This document shows positions 10,681 to 23,879 of a stretch of DNA of 64,000 nt, piece by piece. The stretch comes from Somniosus microcephalus (taxonomy: Eukaryota): positions 29,698,001-29,762,000 of the forward strand of contig CM126234.1 in NCBI GenBank assembly GCA_052327205.1, written 5' to 3'. Positions within the stretch are counted from its first letter, which is position 1. The number at the start of each line of letters is the position of its first letter. The notes beneath the pieces are model-generated. The model worked only from the letters and a program-made list of their open reading frames with translations, was not told where the DNA came from and made no database searches. The position numbers and the translations under genes were made by a program.

Positions 10681-13600
10681 CATTCGAGTTGATCACCTGA
10701 AAGAGGTGTGACTCAACTCCTTAAATATTTGTTTGTCACTTCAGTATACTAATAAAGAAACCTATGTAGTTTGTCAGATCTGAGAAGGTTGTGCTGGGAC
10801 TCTGCTTTACAGATGCAAATTTACAATTGACCTATAAAAGACCACAAGCTCCATTAATACAAGGCAGTTTTACCATACCACTACCTTGAATTTATAAAAG
10901 TGGGGGGGGGGGGGGTGGAAAGGTGGTTATCAGTAGCGTGAGTACCTTCAGGTCAAGTTGCTGTGATACCCTTTCTAACATTGGGATGGGGGTGAAGTAA
11001 GAGAAAAATATAATAAAAAAAATTCTGATATTTGTTCATGATTATACTTGGCTTCCCTGTGGTGAACACTTAAGCCACTTTGTATAATTTGATTTTCTCT
11101 CTTCTTTCTCTTTCCCCTTGCGCCCACCCACCCTCCTCTCCCATTAAAAAAAAAAGTAATAATGGGAGCACCTTGAAAATATTTAACCAATATGTGGGGG
11201 GAAGTTGAGTTATAATCCAGTATTGGGTTTAGGCAATTTTCCAAGTGACCTATTGTGAAAATTTTAGGTCCATTGACTGGATTATGGCCATATATGCGCA
11301 GATTTGCGCGTCGCCTCTCACTGTTTCACGCATTTTGCTCCTCTGAAAACCTACTTGTGTTGCAAGACTTAGACACATGCTCGATTTGTCTTTGGCAAAA
11401 CATAGTGGCAGAAACAGATGTGAATTAAGTGGCAAAATTGGCCACTAATTGAGCCACCTGTACTGCAAAGCTTTCCAGTGTGTCTGTGTGTATATTGTGA
11501 GATGCCTTGGTATGTGTTGCAAGCTGTAACAGTCTTGGGTGCTGAAGGACTGTCTAAGTCTAGATCAATTTTATTGTCCTGATTTATTTTGTCATCTAAA
11601 TGCGACTAATGGAGTACAGCCTTTAATATACCCTAATCATAATAAATGTAGCTGCCTCCTATGTATCTGTTATTCTGTATGTGACTGACTTTTGCGAGAA
11701 CTAAGTCAATCATTTGCAAGCCAGCTGACTCTTGACTCAATGTGGCTCTAAAGCCACAGGAAACGAGCATTTTTAATGCTGTGCGTACTGGGTATTGTTG
11801 GGTTGGTGGTCCTTTGGTCTATGGAAATCTGTATTGTAGTGGGGTTTTTTTTTTTTTGTTGCATTGGTGGGAACCCAGGACCACTGCATGATGCCTCATG
11901 CAGTTTTTCCTGTTACTTTTCTTGCATTGCTTTCTACTTTAAAACTCAATTTAAAATAGTTGAATGAGTGTAGTTATTAGTTGCCATGTTTTCATTGGAC
12001 TCCGGTGAACAGAGAATTCTGCCCGCTTTTAGTAATTCTCCAGCTACTGTGCATCAATTTTAACTTTTTCTCCTCGCTCTACTGTTCCTGTTGGAGGGCA
12101 GGCATTTTGGTCCCAAGCCTCTGAAAATCCTGATCTTGCACTGGCTATTGGTTGCAGAAAATAAAGCCTACATAACCTTCTGATTCTCTTCTCTTCCCCT
12201 GTTTGAAGAAACACCTGGTCTTCACTCAGCAGGTCCAACTGGGAATAGTGGACACAGACTAGCCCCTACTGCTACTGTATTTCTAATTCCCTCTTGTCCA
12301 CACACTTCCCCATCCCCTTTATATGCCTTCTCTCGAGCTCAAGGGATATAATTCAGCATTGTGTTGCAAAATGCAATTCAGTGCACTACCACTAGGTATT
12401 AGCGATGATGGCTATCAAGCTAATACTGCAGCTACCAGATACTTTTGGAATTCCTTTCTTATAATCCAGGAATAATATTAATTACTTTAGTTATAACTGG
12501 TACACAGGGATGGATGAATCGTAGTTCAGTGTACAGTAGAATCCTGTTTGTGGTAGGTGGGACAAGATAAAATAGCTTATTCATCAGACTTGCATAAAAG
12601 ACTGCTTAAGTCGGTAATGATTTGTAACAGCAGGACTTTGACAAGGATTTGCTTATTGTTGTATCTGATTTAAATTTGCATGGATTTGACTGTACAGCCC
12701 CCTTTCAGTTCCTTAAACCACAGTGCTTGAGCTTCATTGTTGCTCTTGTAGTTTTTTTTAGATTCTTGCACTGAAACATTGAGACTATTTATAGTCATAT
12801 CTGGCATCGGTGGTTTAGGATTCTGGTATCCATCTATCCCTTGTTCTGGTATTTTTACATACTACGGGAGTTTAGTTCTTTTCAAGTTAAAGCTTGGGGT
12901 CAGTATTTTAACAGTTAACAATTCCCCCTCTTCTCCCCCCCACCCCATATTTACCTACATTTTTGGGAACCACCCAAGCTAAAGTTAACTGTCTGTGGGG
13001 CAGGGGCAGTTATTTGTCTATAGATATTCATCAGTTATTGTTAACCCTTTCCAGTCAAGAAACCATACATGCGACAAACAATGGGTTTTTTTTCTGGTTA
13101 AAACTTCCAGACTAGAATGGTTGCACCTCGACGTGTTTAAAGATCTAGAAGGAAGGAAGCAAGCGGTCAGGTTTCTTGGAGTAGTAACACAGTGAGATTG
13201 TTTCTTCACAACATACACAGACCCAGTCATAATCATTCACACTCTTTTTGTACAAGGGAATTGTGATTGAAGTAGGTTTAATGTGGCCATAGTGAGGTCT
13301 GTGCACCTGGAGAATGTCGATGCTCCAGGACAACACATGGGATTATCTTTCAGTACTGCAATAGTTAATAGTGTTCTCCTTCTGTCTGCCATTGATTGGA
13401 ACTACATTTTTTGTTCCTTCAATTTGAATTCTGGCTTTTACTACTAGTCTTGCTAACTAGTTTTAATTTTTTATTTCAGAATTTAATGTTTTGATTTATT
13501 ACTATGCTACCAAAATACATTTTGTTTCCTACATTGGACTTAATTTGCAGTGAAGTGGTTATTAAAATGGAGCAATGAACACTTCAGTTGTCTATCTGGG

Positions 13601-13889
13601 CATGCCAATAAAATGGGAAACCATCACTGCTATAGTTGCATCTTATGGGCTGGAAAGGTTTAATGGTACAGTATATGTATAATGTGTATATATTGATTGC
13701 TACATAGTTCTTTGCTATGGTTAATGCTTTTCTATGCGATTACATGTAGAATGTTCTTTCCCATGATTAATCGTTCCACTGATGCAGACCTCCAGGACAG
13801 CAGAACCTATACAGTCCTAAACTAAGTGTACTTTGTTTAATTGTAGACCTTTTAAAGCAAAAATGTGTTCACCTTCATTTCTATGGAAG

Positions 13890-13950
13890 TCTGTTGAGTG
13901 TATAACAATAAAGCAAATTTTCATTTGTGTATTGTTTTGTATTCCTTGTG
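13890..13950 (+). terminator. Distal polyadenylation site of copy A
   Basis: TGTA upstream, AATAAA at 13907-13912, GT/T-rich downstream; context conserved at 39341. Additional AATAAA at 10751, 11641 and 13607. Confidence 0.75.
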
Positions 13951-13984
13951 TTTATAGTGCACACTTAAATAGATTGCCTGTTTT

Positions 13985-14080
13985 GGGACTAGATGGTGCA
14001 ATGAGTTAAAACACTATCCTTTACCTCTAGGACATGAGTTTAAACTCAACTCGGCCTAAGCTAACGATATTAGAAAGTGG
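13985..14080 (+). repeat. LF-SINE-like tRNA-derived head, degraded
   Basis: GGGACTAGATGG...CCTTTACCTCTAGG...GTTTAAACTC resembles the LF-SINE 5' end as I recall it. Confidence 0.4.
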
Positions 14081-14844
14081 TTCTGAACATATGGAGGTGC
14101 TAGCTCCTATTGGTAAACCTGCCAGTTTATGCTGTTGAGCTGTTTAACTAGCGGGAGGGAGAAAATGGCTGTGGCAGTGACTTAAGAAAGGGCTGCCACC
14201 TACTTTCCACCTTCCCTGCTACCTCTACCCTGACTGCAGTCAGTGATTTGATATATTTTTGTGACCTACCTAGGATGTCGTCATCTGTTATTTTTAAAAC
14301 ATAGGTTTTAACATACATGGTTTTAAAAAAAAATGAAACTATATGAAGAGATGTTCAGGAAGGTCCTATCTTGAAAAAGCATGGAACAGAAGCAGGTGAG
14401 TTGCCTGTTCTTAGCCTGTGAATTTAAACTGGGGCAGTATCTTAAATATAAGTTCTATTTATTCAAATACAGGTTGCGCCAGAGGACTAGAAGATCGCAA
14501 ATGTGATTCCATTATTGTAAAAAAAAAAAAAATACATGTTCAGCCACTCGATGCAGGAGGATTCACCGTGAAATATGATCTGGTCCTTTCTTGACATCTA
14601 TATACTCACTTCTAGCAGGGGTCATGGGATAGTGCTCGGGAGTGGGAACCCTGGCTTTTCTTTGCCCTTGCCTGGGATGCTGAGGCCAATTGGGGAGGGC
14701 CTGCACTCTATCTAAAATGAGCGAACTCCGTATGGCCTGAGCCTCTTACCTGGGATCTCCGTAGTCTATATGGCTCCATAGATAAACTAGTTGAATTATC
14801 GGGGAGCCTGATTGTAACCTTTATTAAAAACATAATAAGGGAAT

Positions 14845-15827
14845 ATGACAAGGTTCCCCTTGTCCTCACCTTTCATCCCACCAGCCTCCACATTCAACGG
14901 ATCATCCTCCGCCATTTCCGCTACCTCCAAAGTGATCCCACCACCAAACGCATCTTCCCCTCCCCTTTTAGCATTCTGTAGGGACCGCTCCCTCCAAGAC
15001 ACCCTAGTCCACTCCTCTATCACCCCAAACAGCCCTTCCCCTTCGCCTGGCACCTTCCCGTGCAAGTGCAGGAGATGTAACACCTGCGCCTATACCTTCC
15101 CACTGTCCAGGGCCCCAAACACACCTTCCAGGTGAAACAGCGATTTACTTGTACTTCTTGCAATCTAGTATACTGTATTCGCTGCTCACGATGCGGTCTC
15201 CTCTACATTGGGGAGACCAAACGCAGATTGGGTGACCGCTTTGCGGAACACCTCCGTTCAGTCCGTAAGGGTGACCCAGAGCTTCCGGTCGCCTGTCATT
15301 TTAATTCACCGCTCCATTCCCACTCTGACCTCACCGTCCTTGGCCTCTTGTATTGTTCCACGGAAGCTCAACGTAAACTCGAGGAACTGCACCTCTTCTG
15401 ATTAGGCACTTTGCAGCCTTCCGGACTCAATATAGAGTTCAACAATTTCAGATCATAACCTCGGCCCCTATTACTTTTTTACTTATTTTTTCCACCCCTT
15501 TGTTTTGGGTCCTCCTTTTCTCTTCCCCCCCCCCCCCCCCCCCCCCCCTTTTTCCTTTTGTTTCTCTCTCCCACCTGGCAGCTGTCTCTTATCCTGCCAG
15601 TACACTTCACACCTAATCTCAGCTGTCTTTTGTCTCCACTGGCCTATTACCATCTCGTCTGGTTTCGAATACCTTTTTATTGTCTCTTTTACTTTTGTTT
15701 GATCGCAGCCCTGCCTTCGATCTATTTTCTTTCCAGTTTTGAAGAAGGGTTTTGACCCGAAACGTCAACTCAAATTTCTCCACGGATGTTGCCTGACCTG
15801 AGTTTTTCCAGCATTTTCTGTTGTTAT
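14845..15827 (+). mobile_element. Penelope-like element 3' portion (GIY-YIG endonuclease, frameshifted) with terminal repeat
   Basis: FPCKCRRCNTC, then FTCTSCNLVYCIRCSRCGLLYIGETKRRLGDRFAEH...VACHFN, which is the Penelope GIY-YIG domain. Confidence 0.9.
15735..15770 (+). ncRNA. Minimal type I hammerhead ribozyme of the Penelope element (core C3 changed to T)
   Basis: AGTT-[T]TGAAGA-A-GGGT-TTTG-ACCC-GAAAC-GTC-AACT: stem I AGTT/AACT, stem II GGGT/ACCC, GAAA core, palindromic ACGT stem III. Confidence 0.7.
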
Positions 15828-16218
15828 ATGGGAATTTAAGCCCTGTTAGCTATTTTCCCAATTATACATGCTAATCTGAGTTTTATCTTAAGGGAAGAAA
15901 TTTAGTAGCAATAAATCTCTAGGCAGACAGGTTTGTAAAAAGGTAGATCATGCCTGGTAAATTTGTTGTAATTTCTTTCAGTGGGTAGCAGAAGGTTTGG
16001 ATATTTGACTTGTGGAAAGCATTTGAGACATCAGAGAAGCCTTGATGCTAAGGGCAGTGTTAAGTAATGGGTGGTGCAGTAGGTTAGATACAGCCTTTTT
16101 ATCTGTGGGACTTGGGCTGCTTGACTGAAGTCCCTTCGAGCTGCTGGGTGTGAGGGTCAGTTACGAATTTTTTGTTGTGGGTGTCGCTGGCAAGGCTAGC
16201 ATTTATTGCCCATCCTTG

Positions 16219-17205
16219 CATAGAATATACAGCACAGAAACAGGCCATTTGGTCCAACTAGTCTGTGCTGGTGTTTATGCTCCACACTAGTCTCCTCCCA
16301 TTCCATCTACCTCATCTCAGCCTTTCAGCATATTTTTCTATTCCCTTTTATCTCCTGTACTTGTCTAGTTTCCATTTGAAAGCAACTAAGCTATTTGCCT
16401 CAAGCACTTCCTGTGGTAGTGAGTTCCACATTCTAACCACTCAAATTTCTCCTTATTTCCCTATTGGATTTATTAGTAACTATCTTGTATTTATGGATTC
16501 TTCCACAAGTGGAAACATTCTCTCCACAGTTACCCTGTCCAGCCCATTCATAATTTTAAAGACCTCTATATCAGGACTTCTCTTTTCTAAAGAAAAGAAA
16601 AGCCCCAACCTGTTCCAATTTTTCCCTATAGCTGTAATCTCTCTGTTGTGGTACCATCCTTGTAATTCTTTTTTGCACTTTCTCCAGTGCTTCTATGTCC
16701 TTTTGTTATAGTGTGGAGACCAGAACTATGCACACTACAGCTTGACCAGGGTCATAAACAAGTTTAACATAACTTCACTACTTTTGAATTCTATACCCCA
16801 TGAAATAAATCCCAGTGCTTTGTCGGCATTTTTAATTGGGTTGCTGCTTTTAATGATTTGTTCACTATCCCTAGATCCCTTTGCTCTTCTACCCCATTCA
16901 GCTTCTTATTTTCTAAGGTGTAGGTGATGTTTCTTGTTTTCCTACCAAAGTGCATCACCTCGCGTTTATTTGTTAAAGTTCATTTGCCACTTGACTGCAA
17001 GTTTTCTAATGTCTTGTATTATGGTTCCGTGTTAGCTATACTACCCTTTGTATCATCTGCAAATTTTGACAGTTACTTATTCATATTCCAAATCATTAAT
17101 GTGAATTATGAATAACAGTGGTCCAAACCCTTATCTTTGTGGAACACTGCTTTCTAGTTTCATACAATCTGAATAACTACCCTTTACCCCATCACTCTGC
17201 TTTCT
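16219..17205 (-). mobile_element. Degraded CR1 LINE
   Basis: CR1 3' end (CATAGAATATACAGCACAGAAACAGGCC) and decayed RT words (TCATCTGCAAA, the FADD motif on -). Confidence 0.8.
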
Positions 17206-18719
17206 TGAGAATGGGGGTAAAGGGTAGTTGTCCTGAGATGTTAACTGAGTGCCCTGCCCGGCCACTTTGGAGGGCAGTTAAGAGTCAACTATGTTGGTGT
17301 GGGACTGGAGTCACATAGGCCAGACCGGGTAAGGATGACCAGTTTCTTTCAAAGGCCATTAATAAACCAGTTGGGTTTTTACAGCTATCTGACAATTTCA
17401 TACCAACTTTTAATTTCTAGATTTTCTAAAACTGAATTTAAATTTTCAGTGCCATGGTGGGATTTGAATTCTAATTCTCTAGATTATTAGTTCAGGCCTC
17501 TGTATTTCTAGTCCAGTAATATAATCACTATGCTATTGTACCCACTTTATGAAATTAATATCAGTAGTCTGCTACCAATTTGCAGCAGGAGTAGACCCAC
17601 AGCATAACCTGCCCCAAATTCAGCACTTAAATGAATAATCTCAGAGGCTACAGGATGTCTGGTGTGGGAGATGGAAAATGTTACGCTGGTACAGTCAAGG
17701 GTACTAAAGATTGCTTTGGACAGAGAAGGGGGAGCTTTGCTCTATCTCACCATGCTGTATCTGACCTGGAAGTGCTCAATGAACTGAAATGGAAAGTTAC
17801 ATTCCCCAGCACACATCCCTCATCTTGATGAGCACAAAACTCACAATCAATAAATAAAATAGGAACGTTTGTAAAACAGCAAGTGCCGCTGTAGTTAACA
17901 TTTCTGAATGGAATTTTTCGAACAAAACCAAAGAAGCGGAGTAATATTAACTGGGTGACCGGATGTGTGTGATAGAAATTGCTTGAGCGGGTCCTGTTCA
18001 TGTAGCTGAACCAGTGTTTTTTTGCTCCTCCTTTCAGTGTACTGAGAGTTACACAAAAAGGTGGAATACAGTTCAGTTTCTAATTTCATTTTGACATGCA
18101 TAGCAGAAATGTATGTGTATGTAGTGTCATAAATTGCTAATGGCAATCCAGCTATTGATGCTGTGCCACAGACGGGTAAGATGTGGGATCGTCTGCTCCA
18201 ACTTTGCTTTTTCAACTTGGGAAGTTTTTCTTGGCAACTGAAAAGTGGCTCCCTTTTTCTCCTTGCCTCTAAACGTTTGCTAGGTTGCAGTTCTACAAGT
18301 GGCAATCGCCTTTCAATACATCTCCCAAGTGGTGCGCGACTCAACAGTGGCCTGTAAACCTCAGTTGCTGATTGGATAAACTTACTTGACCAATGGGAAA
18401 TCAAAAAATGGCTGTTGCCTGGCATCAAAATAAGAGTTTGGAAGAATATGAAGCTTGTTTCCATTGCTCCAGCTCTTGTTCTAAAATATTAGTGTTAATC
18501 GGCACCAAGGACTACATTACTGCTGAAGCCTTAAAAGTTCTCTGATGGGAAGGGCATAGGTGTCTTGGGCTTCTTCCTACTGCTGATGCAGGAATTGCTG
18601 ACCTTAACCTGTAGCTTAGCCTGCAGTTGCCCCTCCTGATTCCAGGTAGGTCCATGAGTTGGAGGGTGATACCTCTACTCTGGCTGGCCAGTAACAGTTG
18701 ATGTTGGTATGGTCCAAAA

Positions 18720-19600
18720 TTCACCATTTCTGAGTTTTCCAGCTGAAGATACTTGTGGTTGGGCAGTCATCACATCTACAGAGCATCACTGCAAGAGTTC
18801 TTGAGTGAAGTGTCCTCGGCCCAATTATCTTCAGCTGCTTAATCAATTACCTTCCCTCAGTTAAGGCCAGGAGTGGAGTTGTTTGCTGATTATTGCAATG
18901 TTCAGCTCCATTCAGAGCTCCTGATAATGAAGTAGCCCATGCCAGCCTACAGATAATATCTAGGTGTAGGCTGACAAGTGGTAGGTAATGGCCATCTTAA
19001 CCAGAGAAGCCTTGCCTTATCCCCCTGACCGCCAATGATATTGGCCTAGTCACCTATCATGAACATCTTGGTGTCATTGTTGACCAGAAGCTGAAGTAGA
19101 CCAGTTATAGTTGCAAGAGTGGCTAACCACCTGACCACTCAAAGCCTCGCCACCATCTACAAGGCCCAAGTCAGGCATGTGATGGAATACTCGCCACTGG
19201 GTGATAATGATAGGTCTAGCCGCAATAAAGTTCGCACCATCCACCACAGCAGTTCATTTAATCGGTGCCCTTGCCACTGCTCTCTATATTCACCACTGGC
19301 TGCAGTATGTACGATCTACAGGAGGCACTGAACACCTCCCTCCCCTGGCACCTCCACCAATGAAAAGGATAAGAACATCAATGTAATGGAGATAACATTC
19401 ACTTTCAAGTTCCCCTCCAAGATGCGCACTAGTCTGACTTGGACATGTATTGTCTCTGGGTCCACATCCTGGAATTTCCTATGTAACATTGTGGGAGATT
19501 TAATACCGCAAGCATTGCAGCAGTTCAAGGCGGCCCACCACCTCCGGGCAACTAGCGATGGGCAATAAATGCTACTGTACTAGCGTTGCCCATAATTACA
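18720..19600 (+). mobile_element. Degraded non-LTR retrotransposon (RT C-terminus and 3' tail)
   Basis: LATIYKAQVRHVMEYSPL. The tail GATGGGCAATAAATGCT is also seen at ~27720 (+) and ~16200 (-). Probably the same family as 63510-64000. Confidence 0.7.
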
Positions 19601-20227
19601 CTTTTTTTAAAAATTAAAGCATTTTAGGAAACCACTGTAGCATCTAGTTCTGAAAGCTGTTGACCATCCACCTTCTAAGGTAAAACAGATTTTGGTGTGG
19701 AGGCAATGAGGCTCTCGTTTATATAAAAAGAACACATACAGGTATACATTTATTGAGCAACCAAGGTGAAGGGTAGTTGAATCCACTTGTTGGCGAGGAA
19801 AAGAGTCAATAAGTAGTGATTAGGTTGATACCAAGCTTGGGATTTAAAAGCCTTTAGATGTAAGAAAAAGGAACAAATGTGGCCCTGGGAAGGAATGAGG
19901 AGCCTTGATGTGCAGGGTTACATCAATGGAACAAGCGATGAAGGTGAAAGTAGTAAGATTATGACAACAAAATAAAGTAACTGAAGAGACCAGAAGGAAC
20001 TTTTTATAAAGAAGATTTTCATTGCTCCATTAAAGAATATGAAGATCAAGATATAGTGGTTGCGCAATGAGGACATGCATCTGAAAGAAGTTGAGTGTTG
20101 AATGGAATATTCAGTCATGGATAAGATTGAATGTTGAGTGGAAGAGGCCTTTAATGTGGGGGGAAGAGAGTGGGAGGGGAAAAAAGGTTTAAATCACTGA
20201 AGATATGAAACTAGTAAGGCAGTAAGA

Positions 20228-21408
20228 GAAACATAGAAGATGGGAGTAGGCCATTCAGCCCCTCGAGCCTGCTCCGCCATTTAATGAGATCATGGCTGAT
20301 CATCCAAATTCAGTACCCTGTCCCTGCTTTCTCCCCATATCCCTTGATCCCTTTAGCCTTAAGAAATATATCTAACTCCTTCTTGAATATATTTAATGAA
20401 TTGGCCTCCACTGCCTTCTGTGGTAGAGAATTCCACAGGTTCACCACTCTCTGGGTGAAGAAATTCCTCCTCATCTCAGTCCTAAATGGCTTACCCCGTG
20501 TCCTTAGACTGTGACCCCTGGTTCTGGACTCCCCCGCCATTGGGAACATCCTGCATCTAGTCTGTCTAGTCCTGTTAGAATTTTATAAGTTTCAATGAGA
20601 TCCCCTCTCATTCTTCTAAACTCTAGTGAATATAAGCCTAATCGACCCAATCTCTCCTCGTACGTCATTTCTGCCATCCCAGGTATCAGTCTGGTGAATC
20701 TTCGCTGCAATCTCTTCATGGCAAGAACATCCTTCCTCAGATAAGGCGACCAAAACTGCACACAATAGTCAAGGTGTGGCCTCACCAAGGCCCTGTACAA
20801 CTGCAGCAAGACATCCTTGCTCCTGTACTCGAATCCTCTCGCTATGAAGGCCAGCATACTATTTGCCGCCTTAACCGCCTGCTGCACCTGCATGCTTACC
20901 TTCAGCGACTGGTGCACAAGGACACCAAGGTCTCGTTGCACTTCCCCTTCTCCCAATCTATTGCCGTTCAGATAATCTGTCTTCCTGTTTTTGCCACCAA
21001 AGTGGATAATCTCCCATTTATCCACATTATACTGCATCTGCCCAATTGCCCAACCTGTCCAAATCGTACTGGAGTTTCTCTGCATCCTCCTCACAGCACA
21101 CACGCCCACCCAGCTTTGTGTTGTCTGCAAACTTGGAGATATTATATCGAGTTCCCTCATCTAGATCATTAATATATATTGTGAATAGCTGGGGTCCTAG
21201 CACCGATCCCTGCGGTACCCCACTAGTCACTGCCTGCCACTCGGAAAAAGACCCGTTTATTCCAACTCTGCTTCCTGTCTGCCAACCAGTTCTCTATCCA
21301 AGTCAGTACCTTACCCCCAATCCCATGTGCTTTAACTTTGCACGCCAATCTCTTATGCGGGACCTTATCGAAAGCCTTCTGAAAGTCCAAATACACCACA
21401 TCCACTGT
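20228..21408 (-). mobile_element. CR1 LINE, 5'-truncated
   Basis: [37 protein letters not shown] and KFADNTK RT motifs, with frameshifts. Confidence 0.95.
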
Positions 21409-22970
21409 GGTGTATAACCTTGTATGTTAGATTAGTTGGAGGAACGAGAGAAAATATACTGAACAATTTTGTTTTTGTGTAGCATTAGGTTGTATATTTT
21501 CATTTGCTTTGTACTCCAGTGAAGTTTCTTTCTACAGAGGAAGGAAGAAACTGGAAAACTACGCGTCAAGCCCTTCTTGGATATCAAAAATGTTGATGTT
21601 CCTCTGAAACCTATTATGTTTTTGCATGCAATCCTCTCCTATGAGAGTCTGTTGCGCTGCTGCTTCTAAACAATTTTCCAGTGTATAGGCTCTTCTGATG
21701 GCCACAGTTTTGCTAATCTCTGTTACATTCAACCAGAGCTAGGTTTGAAGCCATAGGGAGCAAGGAGTTGGTGTCATTGGTCCAGAAGCTTGAATCTTGA
21801 GTTTAGTTGTTGCCTTTTGAAGTAGACATTGGGGTCTTCAAGTCTAAGTTCCTGGTGAGAAATACAGCAGACCGTGGTCAAGTTTTCAGCTGTGAGATGG
21901 AAGTATAGAAAACGGGAGTGTTTTTTTGTGTTTCTGCATTATTTTTCTATACCCTTCCTCTCCTGAATGTGAGCTTAGGCATGTGTTGATCAGCTATTGA
22001 ATCATGAGGGCATCGCCTGTTCTTGTATGCTTACAGTAGATGACAATCGGGAGTGGAAACCCAGATCAGATTTTAATTTCCCTAGCCTGAGAACTGGGGC
22101 TCATGTTAGCACCTGCAGCGGCACAGCAACAGAGATTGGTTAGGATTGCAACATTTTGGAAAATCTAAGACTGGACAGGCTAAAAGTGGGATCCTGGCTC
22201 GAGTTCTTATGTTTGTTTTGCTGCTGATAAATTCATTGAAAATCTTAGTAACCATAATAACTAATGCCTCCACATCAGAAGACACGCATGAGTAAAAGTA
22301 GGGGACTGTGCAATGAGTCTTGATTTTAACACTTTGGGGATGCAAGGCGGGGAAGAACATGTAGAACGGAGTATCTGACTGTAGAATTAAGTTGCGAGGC
22401 ATACTGACCATATCAATAAAATAGAGAAAGGTAAGGAAACTTGCAACAGAGAGGGTGAGATTGGAGGCTACAGGTGAGAGTGAGATCACCTATCCAATGA
22501 CCATCTTCAGACTTTTTAAACCTAAGCTTAGTATCAACTCATCACTACCCCCTGATTTAGCTCGATTTTTCTTTACAACCTTGCTGGTAGCCCCAGTTTG
22601 GTCTTGGCCCCTTTACTGTAGTTTCTCATTTTAGAAAAAGTAATGGGGGGGGGGGGGGGGGGTGGAATTGACTTTGACCTCAAGTTTTCACTTTTAGAAA
22701 GCACCAGAAACACCATTCAAAAAATGGATCGGTCTAAAACCTAGGTGAAGTATTGGAGGGTGCTCCCTGCTCATAGAACCATCCCCCAATGAATCAGCTT
22801 TAGAAGAGAAGGGAAGAAAATTGAGTTTTTAACTTTTACCTTCAAAATTCACATATCTTGGTGCTTCTATTTAGCTGCATAATTTTTAATTGTTTTTGAA
22901 TTCACAAAGAAATTACATACTTTGCATAAAATATAAGATTTTAAATTAATGGTGAGTGATTTTAACAGTT

Positions 22971-23330
22971 TCTTGTGGTTGGGAGGAGCTCGTTAATGCC
23001 ATTTGTGAAATTACCTTTGACTGGGAGGACCTCCATTGAGCCTCTTCGTGTTGGAGCATCTTCGAGTTGGAGCTACGAGGGAAGGAGCTGAGCTATGTTG
23101 GTAATCCCATCCCTGGTTTGTTAATGTTAAAGTTCTGGGCTCTGGGATTATTTTAAGATTTTATTGTACACACACTGAATGCAATAAGTGTGGGTTAGTT
23201 TGGCTGGCAGTCACTTTAATTTGTAGCAGGAAGTCGAAGACTTAAAAGGCCTGGGAGAATGCTGGAGCGGTTCCTTGTACAGTATGTAAAGTGGAACGAC
23301 TGGTGCTGCAATCACCCAGGCTCATTGGAA
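22971..23330 (+). promoter_or_regulatory. Paralogous upstream block of ZC3H10-like copy B
   Basis: Aligns with 7838-8230 (TTGACTGGGAGGACCT, CCCATCCCTGGTTTGT, TTTAATTTGTA.CAGGAAGTCGA). Confidence 0.65.
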
Positions 23331-23879
23331 AAACAAACCATGAAGTTAATTCACAAAATAATAAACAATGATGTTTTGGTTCACTACAATTGGATTATTA
23401 AATTAATGGCTTTTGAAAACACTTTCTCCTGGTCAGTTTTTTGTGATAATTAAGGGTTCAGTCACTTTTAAGGAAAGATCTTATGGCAGTACATCTGTAA
23501 ATAAATGTTTGTAATTATTGGAGTACAATGGACTACAGCCCTGCCTAGTTATACATACTCTCAAGTTACAGATTTACCAAATTGATGTGCACATAGGCTG
23601 CACCTCCACCCTGCCAAGTTATCCCATGAAAATAATAAACCCTGCAAAACACATTTACAATTTTAAACATAACTTTAATAATTGCAATGACAAACTGGAA
23701 ACCATACCATAAACAACACGCTCCATTACAGCTGTCAGGAAAAATCAAAATGCAGTACTGCTACTGAGGGGGAGAAATGTACCCATGTACATGAATAGGG
23801 TCCTACTTTACCAGAAAGGAAAAGCAGGCAACAGTTATGGCCGTATTCATTGGAGCTGTAGTCTTGAGTTACTAACTAG

